From Candidatus Dormiibacterota bacterium (GTDB lineage: Bacteria > Chloroflexota > Dormibacteria > Aeolococcales > Aeolococcaceae), in the NCBI GenBank assembly GCA_963709585.1, contig CAVPXI010000007.1, forward strand, positions 550,024 through 614,023: a stretch of DNA of 64,000 nucleotides. The letters are read 5' to 3'. Of this stretch, positions 47,002 through 57,539 are shown piece after piece. Made by a program: the position numbers and the translations under genes. The notes under the pieces are model-generated. The model was not told where the DNA came from, did not search any database, and was given only the letters and a program-made list of their open reading frames with translations. The stretch's first letter is position 1; every line of letters begins with the position of its first letter.

Positions 47002-49608
47002 GTGATGACGCCCGTGCAGCGTCATCTCAGCGCCGGCTGGAGCCGGCGGTCGCACATCGACTGGCGACTGTGGATTCTCGGTGCCGTCCTCCTCGTCATC
47101 GCGCTCGGGCTGTGGATCGGATACGCCGCCGCCCTCCCCGCATTCACCGCGCCGAACGTGCCCTGGTGGGCCTACGCGATCGCATTCTTCGCCGCCTCAC
47201 GCATGGCGTCGATCGACAGTCCTCGCCGCGGCACGCAGGCGATCACGCTGGCCGCAGCACCGTTTGTGGTCGGGCTCTTCCACGCAACTCCACTCGGGCT
47301 GCTGGTCGCGTACGCGACGGGCACGGCTCTCGCCGCCGCCACCAGGCGACCATTTGCCGTCTGGCAGACCGCGCTCGACATCGTTCGCTTCGCGGTATTC
47401 GCGGCGATCGGAATCTTGGCGTTCCGCACGATCGCCGGGCATCCCGGCCCTCCGCCCTGGCACAGCGCGGTGGCGGCGATCACGGCCACGGCAATCGTCG
47501 TCCTGAGGCGGGGGCTTTCGGAGGGTGTCGTGTTGCGTCCGCGTGAGCGCGGCTCCTGGATCGATGTTGCCAATCACCTGCGGGCCGCCTTCGTCGCCGC
47601 CGGGGCGTCGATGTGCATCGGGCTCATCGCCGTACGTCTGATTCCCTACGACCCTCTCGCCCTGGTTCCTCTCGCAGTGGTCACGCTGACCGTGCTCCTG
47701 ACCCACCGTGCCTGGGTTCGCGAGCGGTATGACCACGAGGCGGCCGAGTTCCTCATCGGCGCGGTCGACGCGCTGGCCGGCCGGGAGCTCGAGCCCTCGA
47801 TCCTGTTGCTCCTCAACCGCGCGAGGGCGATCTTCCACGCCGACATCGCGCAGCTGACCGTGTTCCCGTCGCAGGCTGCCGAGAAGGCGTTCCGCACCAC
47901 GGTGCGCCACAGCCGTCCCGATGAGGTGATGGTGCCGCTCGCGCTCGGCGAGCTCGACGACGTGCTCGAGGCCGAGACCGCCGGGGTGATCGTGCGCGCC
48001 GGCGCGGCCGATGATCCCAGCTCGGAGATGCTCAACCGCAGAGGGGTCAACGAGGCGATGGTCGCGTTGCTGCGCGGCGAATCGCGAATGATCGGCAGTC
48101 TGATGGTCGGCGGTCACCTCGATGCTCGCACCTACGACACGCGCGACCTTCGCCTGTTCCGCACCCTCGCCACCAGGACGACGGCAATCCTCGAGAACAG
48201 CCGCCTGGAGCGCTCGATCGCGCGCCTGACCGAGCTCCAGGAGCAGCTGACCCATCAGGCGTATCACGACTCGCTGACCGACCTCGCCAACCGATCGCTG
48301 TTCGGCCAGCAGATCGACCAGGCGCTGCGACGCAGGGCCGAAGGGGCGGCGAGCGTCGCCGTGATCTTCCTCGACATCGACGATTTCAAAGGAGTCAACG
48401 ACACCCTCGGTCATGCCGCGGGCGACGCCCTGCTCGTCGAGGTGGCGGCGCGGATTCGCGCGTGCCTGCGCCGTCCGGACACAGCGGCCCGCCTTGGCGG
48501 CGACGAGTTTGCGCTGCTGATCGAGGGAGTCGACAGTGCGATCGAGGCCGAGCATGTCGCCCGGCGCGTGCTCGACGTGCTGCGCGAACCCTTCACCGTG
48601 TCCGGCACATCGGTCATCGTGCGCGCCTCGCTCGGCATCGCAGTTGCAGACAATCCCGACGCAAACGCGGCGAGCCTGATGCGCCAGGCCGATGTCGCCA
48701 TGTACGTCGCCAAGGGCGCGGGAAGAAATCGCTACATCCGCTTCGCGCCCGGGATGGAGAGCGACGTGGTGCATCGCCGCAAGCTCCGCGGCGAGCTCGA
48801 GCGTGCGATGGAGCTGAACGAGTTCATCCTGCACTACCAGCCGGTCGTCAACCTGATCACCGGTGAGATCACGGCTGTCGAAGCCCTGGTGCGCTGGCAT
48901 CACCCACTCCGCGGGATCGTCGCTCCGGGTGAGTTCATCGCGGTCGCCGAGGAGAGCGGCTTGATCATGCAGCTCGGTGAATTCGTGCTGCGCACGGCGT
49001 GCGCCACCACACGCGAACTCCAGCGCTTGCAGTCGACCCCGCTCGCGGTGTGCGTCAACGTCTCGGTGGTGCAGTTGAACGCTCCGACCTTCGTCGAGGA
49101 TGTCCTCGCCATCGTGCGCGAGACCGGGCTCTCACCCGACACGCTGATTCTCGAGCTGACCGAGTCGATGTTCGTCGAGGACACCGCGATCGTGACCGCG
49201 AAGCTCGAAGCACTGCGCAACGCGGGGATCCGCGTTGCCATCGACGACTTCGGCACCGGGTACTCGTCGCTGAGCTACCTGCGCCGCCTTCCCGTCGACA
49301 TCCTCAAGATCGCCAAACCGTTCGTCGACGACCTGGCCGCCGGCGCGGATGAGGATTTCACCCGCGCCATCGTCACCATCGCGGACGCTCTCCAGCTGCA
49401 CGTCATCGCCGAGGGCATCGAGGCCGCCTCACAGGTCACCCGGCTGCTCAGCCTCGGATGTCTCGCCGGTCAGGGATATCACCTCTGTCACCCGCTTCCC
49501 GCCTCCGAGGTCGAGCAGCTGCTGCGCAATGGCGGGATCGATCGCTCGCGGCTCGAATCCGTGTCCGACACGCCCAAGAATCCCGTGGCCCTGCGGTTGC
49601 TCGGGTAA
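47002..49608 (+). CDS. Membrane-bound GAF-GGDEF-EAL protein
   Basis: N-terminal TM helices; HDSLT, RxxD..GGDEF, EAL, DDFGTGYSS. Confidence 0.94.
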   Translation: MMTPVQRHLSAGWSRRSHIDWRLWILGAVLLVIALGLWIGYAAALPAFTAPNVPWWAYAIAFFAASRMASIDSPRRGTQAITLAAAPFVVGLFHATPLGLLVAYATGTALAAATRRPFAVWQTALDIVRFAVFAAIGILAFRTIAGHPGPPPWHSAVAAITATAIVVLRRGLSEGVVLRPRERGSWIDVANHLRAAFVAAGASMCIGLIAVRLIPYDPLALVPLAVVTLTVLLTHRAWVRERYDHEAAEFLIGAVDALAGRELEPSILLLLNRARAIFHADIAQLTVFPSQAAEKAFRTTVRHSRPDEVMVPLALGELDDVLEAETAGVIVRAGAADDPSSEMLNRRGVNEAMVALLRGESRMIGSLMVGGHLDARTYDTRDLRLFRTLATRTTAILENSRLERSIARLTELQEQLTHQAYHDSLTDLANRSLFGQQIDQALRRRAEGAASVAVIFLDIDDFKGVNDTLGHAAGDALLVEVAARIRACLRRPDTAARLGGDEFALLIEGVDSAIEAEHVARRVLDVLREPFTVSGTSVIVRASLGIAVADNPDANAASLMRQADVAMYVAKGAGRNRYIRFAPGMESDVVHRRKLRGELERAMELNEFILHYQPVVNLITGEITAVEALVRWHHPLRGIVAPGEFIAVAEESGLIMQLGEFVLRTACATTRELQRLQSTPLAVCVNVSVVQLNAPTFVEDVLAIVRETGLSPDTLILELTESMFVEDTAIVTAKLEALRNAGIRVAIDDFGTGYSSLSYLRRLPVDILKIAKPFVDDLAAGADEDFTRAIVTIADALQLHVIAEGIEAASQVTRLLSLGCLAGQGYHLCHPLPASEVEQLLRNGGIDRSRLESVSDTPKNPVALRLLG

Positions 49609-49611
49609 CGC

Positions 49612-51624
49612 ATGTCGTCCTGGCTCGTGGTGCTGGTGCTCTCGGTGGTCGCACTCACCGGTGCGGGCGCCTGGTGGGCCGCCGCCCGTCGTGAGAAGAC
49701 GCGTCTCTCGTTTCTCCACACCACCGCGCTCGCACTCCTCGAAGCCCGCGACCTCGATGCCGCGGCCATCGACGTGCTCCGGCGCGCGAGCCGTCGCTTC
49801 AGGGCCGAGTCCGCCGAGCTGACCTTGATCCCCGAGACCGGCACCGCCGCGTCGTTCCGGACGACGGTGCGCGGCGGCGAGCCCGTCGACGTGATGCGGT
49901 CGACCGATCTCGAGGAGGATGAGGATGGCAGCCTGACACCACCCATCTACGGCGTGGTCCATATCGCGGAGGCGTCGGCCGACCCCTGGGTCGCGCGGCT
50001 CTGCGGCCGTCTCGGGATCTCGCGCGGCCTCGCGGTCACCCTACGCCACCGGTCGCGGACGGTCGGATACCTGGCTCTGGGGATGCGCGCCTCCAAACGT
50101 CGTATCCCCCGCGCCTACGACCGACATCTCCAGGACCTCTCCAACCTCGTCGCCCTGGCGATCGAGCGCAGCCGCCTCCATGACTCGCTGCTCACGCTCA
50201 GTGCGCTCCAGACCGAGCTCGCCGACCGTGCGTTTCACGATCCGCTGACCCAGCTTGCCAACCGGGTGCTCTTCATCGATCGCATCGAGCGAGCCCTGCT
50301 CGAGCGTGACCCGGAGCGGCACCTGGTGAGCGTCGTCTCCGTCGATCTCGAGGACTTCCGGCGCATCAACAGCGAGCATGGACACGCGACCGGCGACGCC
50401 GTGCTGATCGAGGTCGCCCGGAGGCTCCACGAGTGCCTGCGCCGGACCGACACCGCGGCTCGTCTCGGCGGCGACGAATTCGCGTTGCTCCTTGCCGAGG
50501 TCCTGCATCCTCGCGAAGCCGAACTGATCGCCCAGCGCGTCGTGGAGGCACTGGCCGTCCCGGTCGTCGCCGAGGGAATCACGGTGCCGGTCCGGGCCTC
50601 GGTCGGACTCGCCAGCGCGAATGCCGGGGATGCGTCAGCGGCCATCCTCCTCCGCCGGGCGACCGCGGCTGCCCAGGACGCGCGCGAGGCGGGCTCCGGC
50701 ACCTACCGAATCCATGGCGGGTCGACCGCCGGGTCGGCGGACCCGGATCTCGCCGAGGAGCTCTTCTCGGCACTGAACAAGGGGGAGCTCGTCCTGCACT
50801 ACCAGCCGATCGTCGAGCTGCGCACCGGCAAGATCCTCGGTGCCGAGGCCCTGGTCCGGTGGCAGCACCCGGTCCGCGGCCTGATCGCGCCCCTGCACTT
50901 CCTGCCGGTCGCGGTGGAGTGCGGACTGATCGAGCGGATCGAGGAGTTCGTGATGCGCAGCGCCTGCGAGCAGCTCCGGCGCTGGCAGCTCGCGTACCCG
51001 GCGGCCCCGGAGCTCGCGATCTCGGTCAACGTCGCGGCGGGTCAGCTCAGCCGTGGGACCCTCGTCGATCGGGTGACGAGATGCCTTGCCAGCGTCGACG
51101 TCGATCCCGCCTGCCTCATCCTCGAGGTCACCGAGAACGCGGTGCTCGAGGATCTCCATGGCGCGATCCTCACCTTCGACGCCCTGCAGCGGGCGGGTGT
51201 CCACGTGGCCATCGACGACGTCGGCACCGGGTACACGTCGCTCGCGTACCTTCGACGCCTGCCGATCGACATCCTGAAGATCGCCCGGCCGCTGGTGGCG
51301 GAGCTCGGGGATCCGAACTCGAGCGGCGAGCTGGCGCGAACCGTCGTCCGCCACGGAGACGCCCTGCGTCTCGCGCTGGTCGCGGAAGGGGTCGAGCTGC
51401 CACTGCAGGTCAGGCGCCTCAACCAGCTCGGATGCGGGATGGGCCAGGGCTTCCATCTCGCGCGCCCCTGCGAGGTTGACGTGATGGAGGCGCTGCTCAG
51501 CAAGGGCGGCCTCGATCCGGCGCAGTTCGCACGCGTGACCTCCGGACCGCGCTCGGCGAAGCGGCAGCCGTCCCACCCACGGCGCGTACCCTCGTCGGGT
51601 GGAGCAGCGCCAAACCCTGCGTGA
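49612..51624 (+). CDS. GAF-GGDEF-EAL protein (paralog of the upstream gene)
   Basis: One N-terminal TM; GGDEF, EAL, DDVGTGY. Confidence 0.93.
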   Translation: MSSWLVVLVLSVVALTGAGAWWAAARREKTRLSFLHTTALALLEARDLDAAAIDVLRRASRRFRAESAELTLIPETGTAASFRTTVRGGEPVDVMRSTDLEEDEDGSLTPPIYGVVHIAEASADPWVARLCGRLGISRGLAVTLRHRSRTVGYLALGMRASKRRIPRAYDRHLQDLSNLVALAIERSRLHDSLLTLSALQTELADRAFHDPLTQLANRVLFIDRIERALLERDPERHLVSVVSVDLEDFRRINSEHGHATGDAVLIEVARRLHECLRRTDTAARLGGDEFALLLAEVLHPREAELIAQRVVEALAVPVVAEGITVPVRASVGLASANAGDASAAILLRRATAAAQDAREAGSGTYRIHGGSTAGSADPDLAEELFSALNKGELVLHYQPIVELRTGKILGAEALVRWQHPVRGLIAPLHFLPVAVECGLIERIEEFVMRSACEQLRRWQLAYPAAPELAISVNVAAGQLSRGTLVDRVTRCLASVDVDPACLILEVTENAVLEDLHGAILTFDALQRAGVHVAIDDVGTGYTSLAYLRRLPIDILKIARPLVAELGDPNSSGELARTVVRHGDALRLALVAEGVELPLQVRRLNQLGCGMGQGFHLARPCEVDVMEALLSKGGLDPAQFARVTSGPRSAKRQPSHPRRVPSSGGAAPNPA

Positions 51625-52378
51625 GCTCGCCGTCGCCGCCGCTTCGGCGGCGGGGGATCTGGTCGCCAGGGCCCACGCCCACCCGGGGACGCTGACCGCC
51701 GAGACCAAGAGCCCCGGCGACTACGTCACCGACGTCGACCGCTCGGCCGAGCAGGCGGCGATCCGCGTGCTCCGCGAGGGTGCGCCCGACATCGCGATCC
51801 TCGCCGAGGAATCCGGCGGCACGCCCGCTCAGCGCATGTGGGTGATCGACCCGGTCGACGGCACCACCAATTTCGTGCGCGGCTTCCCGGTTGTCGGCGT
51901 CAGCATCGCCCTGGTCGAGGATGGGCGACCGGTTGTCGGAGCGGTGGTCGCGCCGCTCCTCGGAGAGTCCTGGAGCGCGGCCGAGGGCCAGGGTGCGATG
52001 GATCGACACGGACGCCGGCTGTCCGTCTCGACCCACCCGGGAGCGGGCGTTGTCGCCACCGGGTTTCCGTTTCGCCGCAAGGATCGGCTGCCGCGGTATC
52101 TGCCGGTCATGGCCGCGGCATTGCGCCGCTTCGAAGACCTCCGCCGGGCCGGTGCCGCAAGCCTCGATCTCGCCTACGTTGGAGCCGGCGTTTTCGACGG
52201 TTTCTTCGAGCTCGGCCTCGGCCTCTGGGACATCGCGGCGGGCGCGCTGCTGGTTCGCGAGGCGGGCGGGGTGGTGAGCGACTGGGCCGGCGACGCCGAC
52301 GCGGTCTTTGTCAGCGGCGACATCCTGGCGGGCAGCCCGGCGTGGCACGCGGCCATGCTCGAGATCGTCGCGGCGTAA
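51599..52378 (+). CDS. Inositol monophosphatase family protein
   Basis: DYVTDVD, AEE, WVIDPVDGTTNF, WDIAAG. Confidence 0.93.
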   Translation: MEQRQTLRELAVAAASAAGDLVARAHAHPGTLTAETKSPGDYVTDVDRSAEQAAIRVLREGAPDIAILAEESGGTPAQRMWVIDPVDGTTNFVRGFPVVGVSIALVEDGRPVVGAVVAPLLGESWSAAEGQGAMDRHGRRLSVSTHPGAGVVATGFPFRRKDRLPRYLPVMAAALRRFEDLRRAGAASLDLAYVGAGVFDGFFELGLGLWDIAAGALLVREAGGVVSDWAGDADAVFVSGDILAGSPAWHAAMLEIVAA

Positions 52379-52417
52379 CTGCGCAGCCCCATCCTGGCCT
52401 TATAAGGTACGTCGCCA

Positions 52418-53248
52418 GTGAGTACCCAGATTCCATCGACCCCTGCACACGGCCTCCTCAGTGGCAGGCGGATCCTCGTGACCGGCGTGCTGACGCCCAG
52501 GAGCATCGCCTTCGCGATCGCCGCGGCCGCACAGGCAGCCGGCGCCGAGGTCATGCTCACCTCATTCGGCAGGGCCATGAGCCTGACCCGGAAGAGCGCC
52601 AAACGCCTCACGCCTGTGCCCGAGGTGCTCGAGATGGACGTCACCGACGTCGCCCAGGTACAGGCGGTCGCCGAGCACGCGCGGAGCACCTGGGGCGGAG
52701 TCGACGGCGTGGTCCACGCGATCGGCTTCGCACCCGCGGACTGCCTCGGGGGCGGCTTCCTCGAGGCGCCGTGGAGCTCGGTGAGCACCGCCTTTCAGGT
52801 GAGCAGCTACTCGTTGCAGACGCTCGCCGCCGCCTTCGCCCCACTGATGCCCGAGAGCGGAGGATCGATCGTCACGCTGACCTTCGACGCGCGGGTCGCG
52901 TGGCCGGTCTACGACTGGATGGGGCCGGCAAAAGCAGCCCTCGAGGCGATCGTCCGCTACCTCGCCCGCGAGCTGGGTCCGCGCGGCATCCGGGTGAACA
53001 CCATCTCCGCCGGTCCCCTGGAGACCATCGCGGCGCGGTCGATCCCGGGATTCGAGGTGCTCAAATCGTCGTGGGGGCGTCACGCTCCGCTCGGGTGGGA
53101 CAGCTCGGACAGCGGGCCGGTCGCCGACGTGACCGCGTTTCTGCTCAGCGACCTGTCTCGCGGCATCACCGGCGAGATGATTCACGTCGACGGTGGCTAC
53201 CACTCACAGGGTGCACCGGCGATCGAGACCGCGGAGGCGAAGGTATGA
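52418..53248 (+). CDS. fabI: Enoyl-ACP reductase
   Basis: SIAF.IA, HAIGFAP, YDWMGPAKAALE, AGPLET, HVDGG. Confidence 0.93.
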   Translation: MSTQIPSTPAHGLLSGRRILVTGVLTPRSIAFAIAAAAQAAGAEVMLTSFGRAMSLTRKSAKRLTPVPEVLEMDVTDVAQVQAVAEHARSTWGGVDGVVHAIGFAPADCLGGGFLEAPWSSVSTAFQVSSYSLQTLAAAFAPLMPESGGSIVTLTFDARVAWPVYDWMGPAKAALEAIVRYLARELGPRGIRVNTISAGPLETIAARSIPGFEVLKSSWGRHAPLGWDSSDSGPVADVTAFLLSDLSRGITGEMIHVDGGYHSQGAPAIETAEAKV

Positions 53249-54501
53249 GCGGCCGCAACGGCAGTCCACGCGTGGCGATCACCGGCATCGGCGCCGTGAC
53301 CCCGCTGGGGCTCGACGCCGAGTCGACGTGGCAGTCGTGCCGCCGTGGTCAGGGAGGGATCGGGCCGATCACCGCCTTCAACTCGTCCCATCTCACCACC
53401 CAGATCGCCGGCGAGGTGAAGGGGTTCGACCCCGAGGTCGTGCTCGGGAGGAAAGAGGCGCGCCGGACCAGTCGATGCACGCAACTCGCGCTCTTCGCCG
53501 CCAGGCAGGCCATCGAGGACTCCGGTCTCGAAATCCGGCCGATGGCGGAGGACGTCGGCGTGCTCGTCGCGTCCGGGGTCGGCGGCATCGAGGTCATCGA
53601 GCGCAACGTCCTCGCGCTGTACAACCAGGGTCCGCGCCGGGTATCGCCGTTCACGGTGCCGTCGATGATCATCGACATGCCCGCAGGAGCGATCGCCATC
53701 GACTGCGGGGCCAAGGGCGTGAACTACGCGATCGTCAGTGCATGCTCGTCGTCCGGCCATGCCATCGGCGAGGCCGCCGAGTGGATCAGGCGCGGTGAGG
53801 CGACGGCGATCATCACCGGCGGAACCGAGGCGTCGATCACCAACATCAGCGTCGCCGCGTTCGACGCCATGCAGGCGCTGTCGACGCGTAACGACGAACC
53901 CGAGCGCGCGTCGCGCCCATTCGACAAGGACCGCGACGGTTTCGTGATGGGCGAGGGCGCCGGAATGTTCGTGATCGAGGACTGGGGGCACGCGGTCGCG
54001 CGCGGCGCGCACATCTACGGTGAGGTCGCGGGCTACGGCGCCACCGCCGACGCGTATCACATCACCCAGCCCGACGAGCAAGGTGACGGCGCGCGACGCT
54101 GCATCCTGCGCTCGCTCAAACGCGCCGGCCGCGAGCCCGACGAGGTCGACTACATCAACGCGCACGGTACGTCAACACAGATGAACGACGCCGCCGAAAC
54201 CCGTGCGGTGAAGGCAGCTTTCGGGCCTCAGGCAAGCACCATCCCGATGTCGTCGACCAAGTCGATGCACGGCCACCTGCTCGGGGCGGCCGGCGCGGTC
54301 GAAGCGGTCATCACGGTTCTCGCCATTCGTGACCAATTCGTGCCGCCGACGATCAACCTGGACGAGCCCGACCCCGAGTGCGACCTCGACTACGTGCCCA
54401 ACCATGGCCGCGACGCCCGGATCGACTTCGCGCTGAGCACGTCGTACGGGTTTGGCGGGCACAATGTGTGTCTTGCCCTGGCACGTGCGGATGGAGCCTG
54501 A
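53245..54501 (+). CDS. fabF: Beta-ketoacyl-ACP synthase II
   Basis: SACSSS, YINAHGTST, KSMHGHLLGAAG, GFGGHN. Confidence 0.95.
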   Translation: MSGRNGSPRVAITGIGAVTPLGLDAESTWQSCRRGQGGIGPITAFNSSHLTTQIAGEVKGFDPEVVLGRKEARRTSRCTQLALFAARQAIEDSGLEIRPMAEDVGVLVASGVGGIEVIERNVLALYNQGPRRVSPFTVPSMIIDMPAGAIAIDCGAKGVNYAIVSACSSSGHAIGEAAEWIRRGEATAIITGGTEASITNISVAAFDAMQALSTRNDEPERASRPFDKDRDGFVMGEGAGMFVIEDWGHAVARGAHIYGEVAGYGATADAYHITQPDEQGDGARRCILRSLKRAGREPDEVDYINAHGTSTQMNDAAETRAVKAAFGPQASTIPMSSTKSMHGHLLGAAGAVEAVITVLAIRDQFVPPTINLDEPDPECDLDYVPNHGRDARIDFALSTSYGFGGHNVCLALARADGA

Positions 54502-55030
54502 CCGGCTAGTCCGCGAGGCCGGCAACGGCCGGATCCGGCTGTGCCGCGCCGACATCACGACGCTGACGGTCGATGCGGTCGTCAACGCCGCGAACGCTTC
54601 CCTGGCCGGTGGCGGCGGTGTCGACGGGGCGGTGCACCGTGCCGCAGGACCGGATCTAATGCGAGAGCTGAACGAGCGCTACGAAGGATGCCCGACCGGC
54701 AGCGCGGTGATCACCGGCGCCGGTCGCCTCAATGCGCGCCATGTCATCCACGCGGTGGGCCCGCGGTGGCGCGACGGCACTCATCGCGAGCCCGAGCTGC
54801 TGGAGTCCGCCTACCGGAGTGCCTTCATGCTGGCTTCCGAGCACTCCTGCGCCACCGTGGCGGCACCGTCGATCAGCACCGGGATCTATGGATTCCCTAT
54901 GGAGCTCGCCGCGCGCATCGCGATCGGCGCCGCGGTGGCGGCGCTCGAGGTCCAGGGCACGAGACTGCGTGAGATCGCGTTCGCGCTGTTCTCCGATGCC
55001 GACCTCGAGGTATTCGCGAGGGCCCTGTGA
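54491..55030 (+). CDS. Macro domain protein (YmdB-like O-acetyl-ADP-ribose deacetylase)
   Basis: DIT, VNAAN, GGGGVDGA, IHAVGP, SISTGIYGF. Confidence 0.92.
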   Translation: MEPDRLVREAGNGRIRLCRADITTLTVDAVVNAANASLAGGGGVDGAVHRAAGPDLMRELNERYEGCPTGSAVITGAGRLNARHVIHAVGPRWRDGTHREPELLESAYRSAFMLASEHSCATVAAPSISTGIYGFPMELAARIAIGAAVAALEVQGTRLREIAFALFSDADLEVFARAL

Positions 55031-55068
55031 CGCCGGCTTGACGGTGCCGTGGGCAGTGTGGCCATAGA

Positions 55069-56337
55069 GTGGGCAGCGCCTTGTCTCAACGCCCACGCTG
55101 GTTCGCCGCCGCGCTGGTCGCCGTCGCGTCGGTCGTCCTGGCTCACTACGTCCAGGTCTGGGCGGTCGTGCCCGGGTCGCTCGCTCCCACCAGCGATTTT
55201 GCCGGGACGTACGTCGCGTCAACCCTGATCCGCTCGGGTCACCCCGCGCAGATCTACGACGCGGCGGCAGAGCGGCAAGCGCTGGTCGAGAGTGGGGCCC
55301 CGATCGGCCACGACAACATCCCGTTCGAGAACCCGCCCGCCGCAGCGGTGATCGCCCTGCCGTTCACGCTGCTCGGCGCCGGCGCCGCCTGGCGCGCCTG
55401 GTCGTTGCTCCAGCTCGCGCTGATGTCGCTCTCACTCGTGCTGGTGGCCCGCTCGTCGCCCTGGCCGGTGGGATTCCCGAAGCTTTCTCGAGCCGCCATC
55501 GTCCTGGTCGCCCTCGCCGGCTTCGGCACGGGGCTGCTGCTCCTGGAGGGCCAGTGGGACGGTGTCTCGGTCCTCGGTCTTGCCGGCGCTTACGCGCTCT
55601 GGCGGCGAGATCGACCCGGATCCGCTGGATTCATCCTGGGATTCACGTCCGCGGTCGCCAAACCGCAACTGGTGATCGGCGTCGCCGCGTACATGATCGG
55701 TCGGCGGGACTGGCGCGCTGTCGGCGGGGCGCTCGTGGGCGCGGCCGTCAGCCTCGCTGTCGGGGTGATCGGCGCGGGGCCGCAGACCCTCGGCGCATTC
55801 GTCACTGCGATCGCCACGCCGAGCAACTCTCCGACTGCGCAGATGCAGGGAACCAGTGGCCTCTTCGGCTCGCTCCTCGGCCATGCCCCCGGCGTGTTCC
55901 TGCTGGCCGTCGCCGCCGGGATCGCCGCGGCGGTGATCGCGGGATGGCTGGGCTCGGTCGCCCACCGGCGTCCCGACCTCTTCGAGCCGTCGCTCTGTGG
56001 AGCGGTCGCGCTCTCACTCTTCGCATCGCCCCACCTGCTCGGTCACGACCTGACCCTCATGGCTCCGGTGCTCGTGGCCGGCGTCGCCTGGCTGGCTGGC
56101 CGACCAAGCGAGCGTCCGTGGCCGGGGGCTGCCACGCTCGGGGTGCTCGCCGCCTGGCTCCTGCTCTCCCTCGCCACGATCGGCGACTTAGCGCAGAACG
56201 ACGTCGGCCTCCCCGGCAGGGCGACGCCGTGGGTGCTGCTGCTCACCGCCGCCACCTGGTGCGCTCTGGTCGCGGGTGCCGCCCGCCCCGGGCTCGCCGG
56301 CCGGGATCGGCGGGCTCCACGCCCAGCCGTGGCGTAG
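55069..56337 (+). CDS. GT-C glycosyltransferase family 87 (DUF2029-like)
   Basis: DF after TM1, F.NPP, GQ.D, KPQ, SPHL..HD; multi-TM. Confidence 0.8.
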   Translation: MGSALSQRPRWFAAALVAVASVVLAHYVQVWAVVPGSLAPTSDFAGTYVASTLIRSGHPAQIYDAAAERQALVESGAPIGHDNIPFENPPAAAVIALPFTLLGAGAAWRAWSLLQLALMSLSLVLVARSSPWPVGFPKLSRAAIVLVALAGFGTGLLLLEGQWDGVSVLGLAGAYALWRRDRPGSAGFILGFTSAVAKPQLVIGVAAYMIGRRDWRAVGGALVGAAVSLAVGVIGAGPQTLGAFVTAIATPSNSPTAQMQGTSGLFGSLLGHAPGVFLLAVAAGIAAAVIAGWLGSVAHRRPDLFEPSLCGAVALSLFASPHLLGHDLTLMAPVLVAGVAWLAGRPSERPWPGAATLGVLAAWLLLSLATIGDLAQNDVGLPGRATPWVLLLTAATWCALVAGAARPGLAGRDRRAPRPAVA

Positions 56338-56396
56338 CCCTGTGCAGCGCTGGGTACGTTCACACAGATGAAAGCCCCGGGGAGCACGATAAGAGG

Positions 56397-57539
56397 GTGA
56401 ACAGAGGCGGCGTCCCGATCGCCCGTATCGCCGGGATCAGGGTCTCGGCGGACTGGAGTGTCCTCGTGATCGGCGCTCTGCTCGCCTGGGGGGTGGCCGG
56501 CACGGTGCCCACATCGGTGCCCGGGACACCCGTCTGGCTCGCCTGGGTCGTCGGCGCCATCGCGGCACTGCTGCTGATCGCATCGCTCACCGCCCACGAA
56601 CTCGGCCACGCGCTCCTCGCCCGCCGGCGCGGCATCGCCGTCGAGGGCATCAGGCTCTGGCTCTTCGGCGGGGTCGCTCAGATGAGCAGCGACTGGATGA
56701 CCGGCAGGACGGAGATGCTGGTCGCCGCGATCGGACCGGCGGTCACGCTGGTGCTGGCGGGATTCTTCGTCGGATCGTCGTGGCTCCTCGTGCAGGTTGG
56801 GGCGCCACAGCTGGTCGTCGTCGTTGCCGTGTGGCTGGCTGCGGTCAACGTGCTCCTGCTCGTCTTCAACCTCATTCCGGCGTTCCCCCTCGATGGTGGC
56901 CGGATCCTTCGAGGCTTCCTGTGGACCCGAACCAACAATCGGATGGCCGCCACTGTCGCCGCCGCTCGGCTGGGACGCTTCTTCGCTGTCGTACTTATCG
57001 GAGTCGGAGTGCTCGACTTCTTCTTCGTCAATCCGGTCAACGGGCTGTGGCTGATGCTCATCGGCTGGTTCCTGGACACCGCCGCGCGCGGCGAGGCCCA
57101 TGGCGAGCAGGCACGTCACGCGCTCGAAGGCGTGCTCGTCGGCGATGTGATGTCGAAGAACCCGGTGATCGTCCCCTCATGGATCACCGTCGAGCTGCTC
57201 GTCGACCAGTACGTCATGGGTCACGAGTTCACGTCGTTTCCGACCCACAGCATCGACGGCCGCATCGACGGCCTGGTCACGATGCGCGGCATCAAGCAGA
57301 TCCCCGCACAGCAGCGCAGCAAGCGGCGCGCCATCGACATCGCCATTCCGGCCGATCGCGTGCCGACCGCCCGTCAGGATGAGCGCATCACCGATCTTCT
57401 CAAGCGCATGGGCACGGCCTCCGACGGCCGGGCGATGGTCTACGACGGAGGAACCCTCGTCGGGATCGTCTCCCCGAGCGACATCGCGCGCCTCTTCCAG
57501 ACCGGCCCGGGTAGAGCCGCGGCGCGGGTCGCGGCCTAA
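56397..57539 (+). CDS. Site-2 protease (M50) with CBS pair
   Basis: HELGH, FNLIPAFPLDGGR, C-terminal CBS domains. Confidence 0.93.
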   Translation: MNRGGVPIARIAGIRVSADWSVLVIGALLAWGVAGTVPTSVPGTPVWLAWVVGAIAALLLIASLTAHELGHALLARRRGIAVEGIRLWLFGGVAQMSSDWMTGRTEMLVAAIGPAVTLVLAGFFVGSSWLLVQVGAPQLVVVVAVWLAAVNVLLLVFNLIPAFPLDGGRILRGFLWTRTNNRMAATVAAARLGRFFAVVLIGVGVLDFFFVNPVNGLWLMLIGWFLDTAARGEAHGEQARHALEGVLVGDVMSKNPVIVPSWITVELLVDQYVMGHEFTSFPTHSIDGRIDGLVTMRGIKQIPAQQRSKRRAIDIAIPADRVPTARQDERITDLLKRMGTASDGRAMVYDGGTLVGIVSPSDIARLFQTGPGRAAARVAA

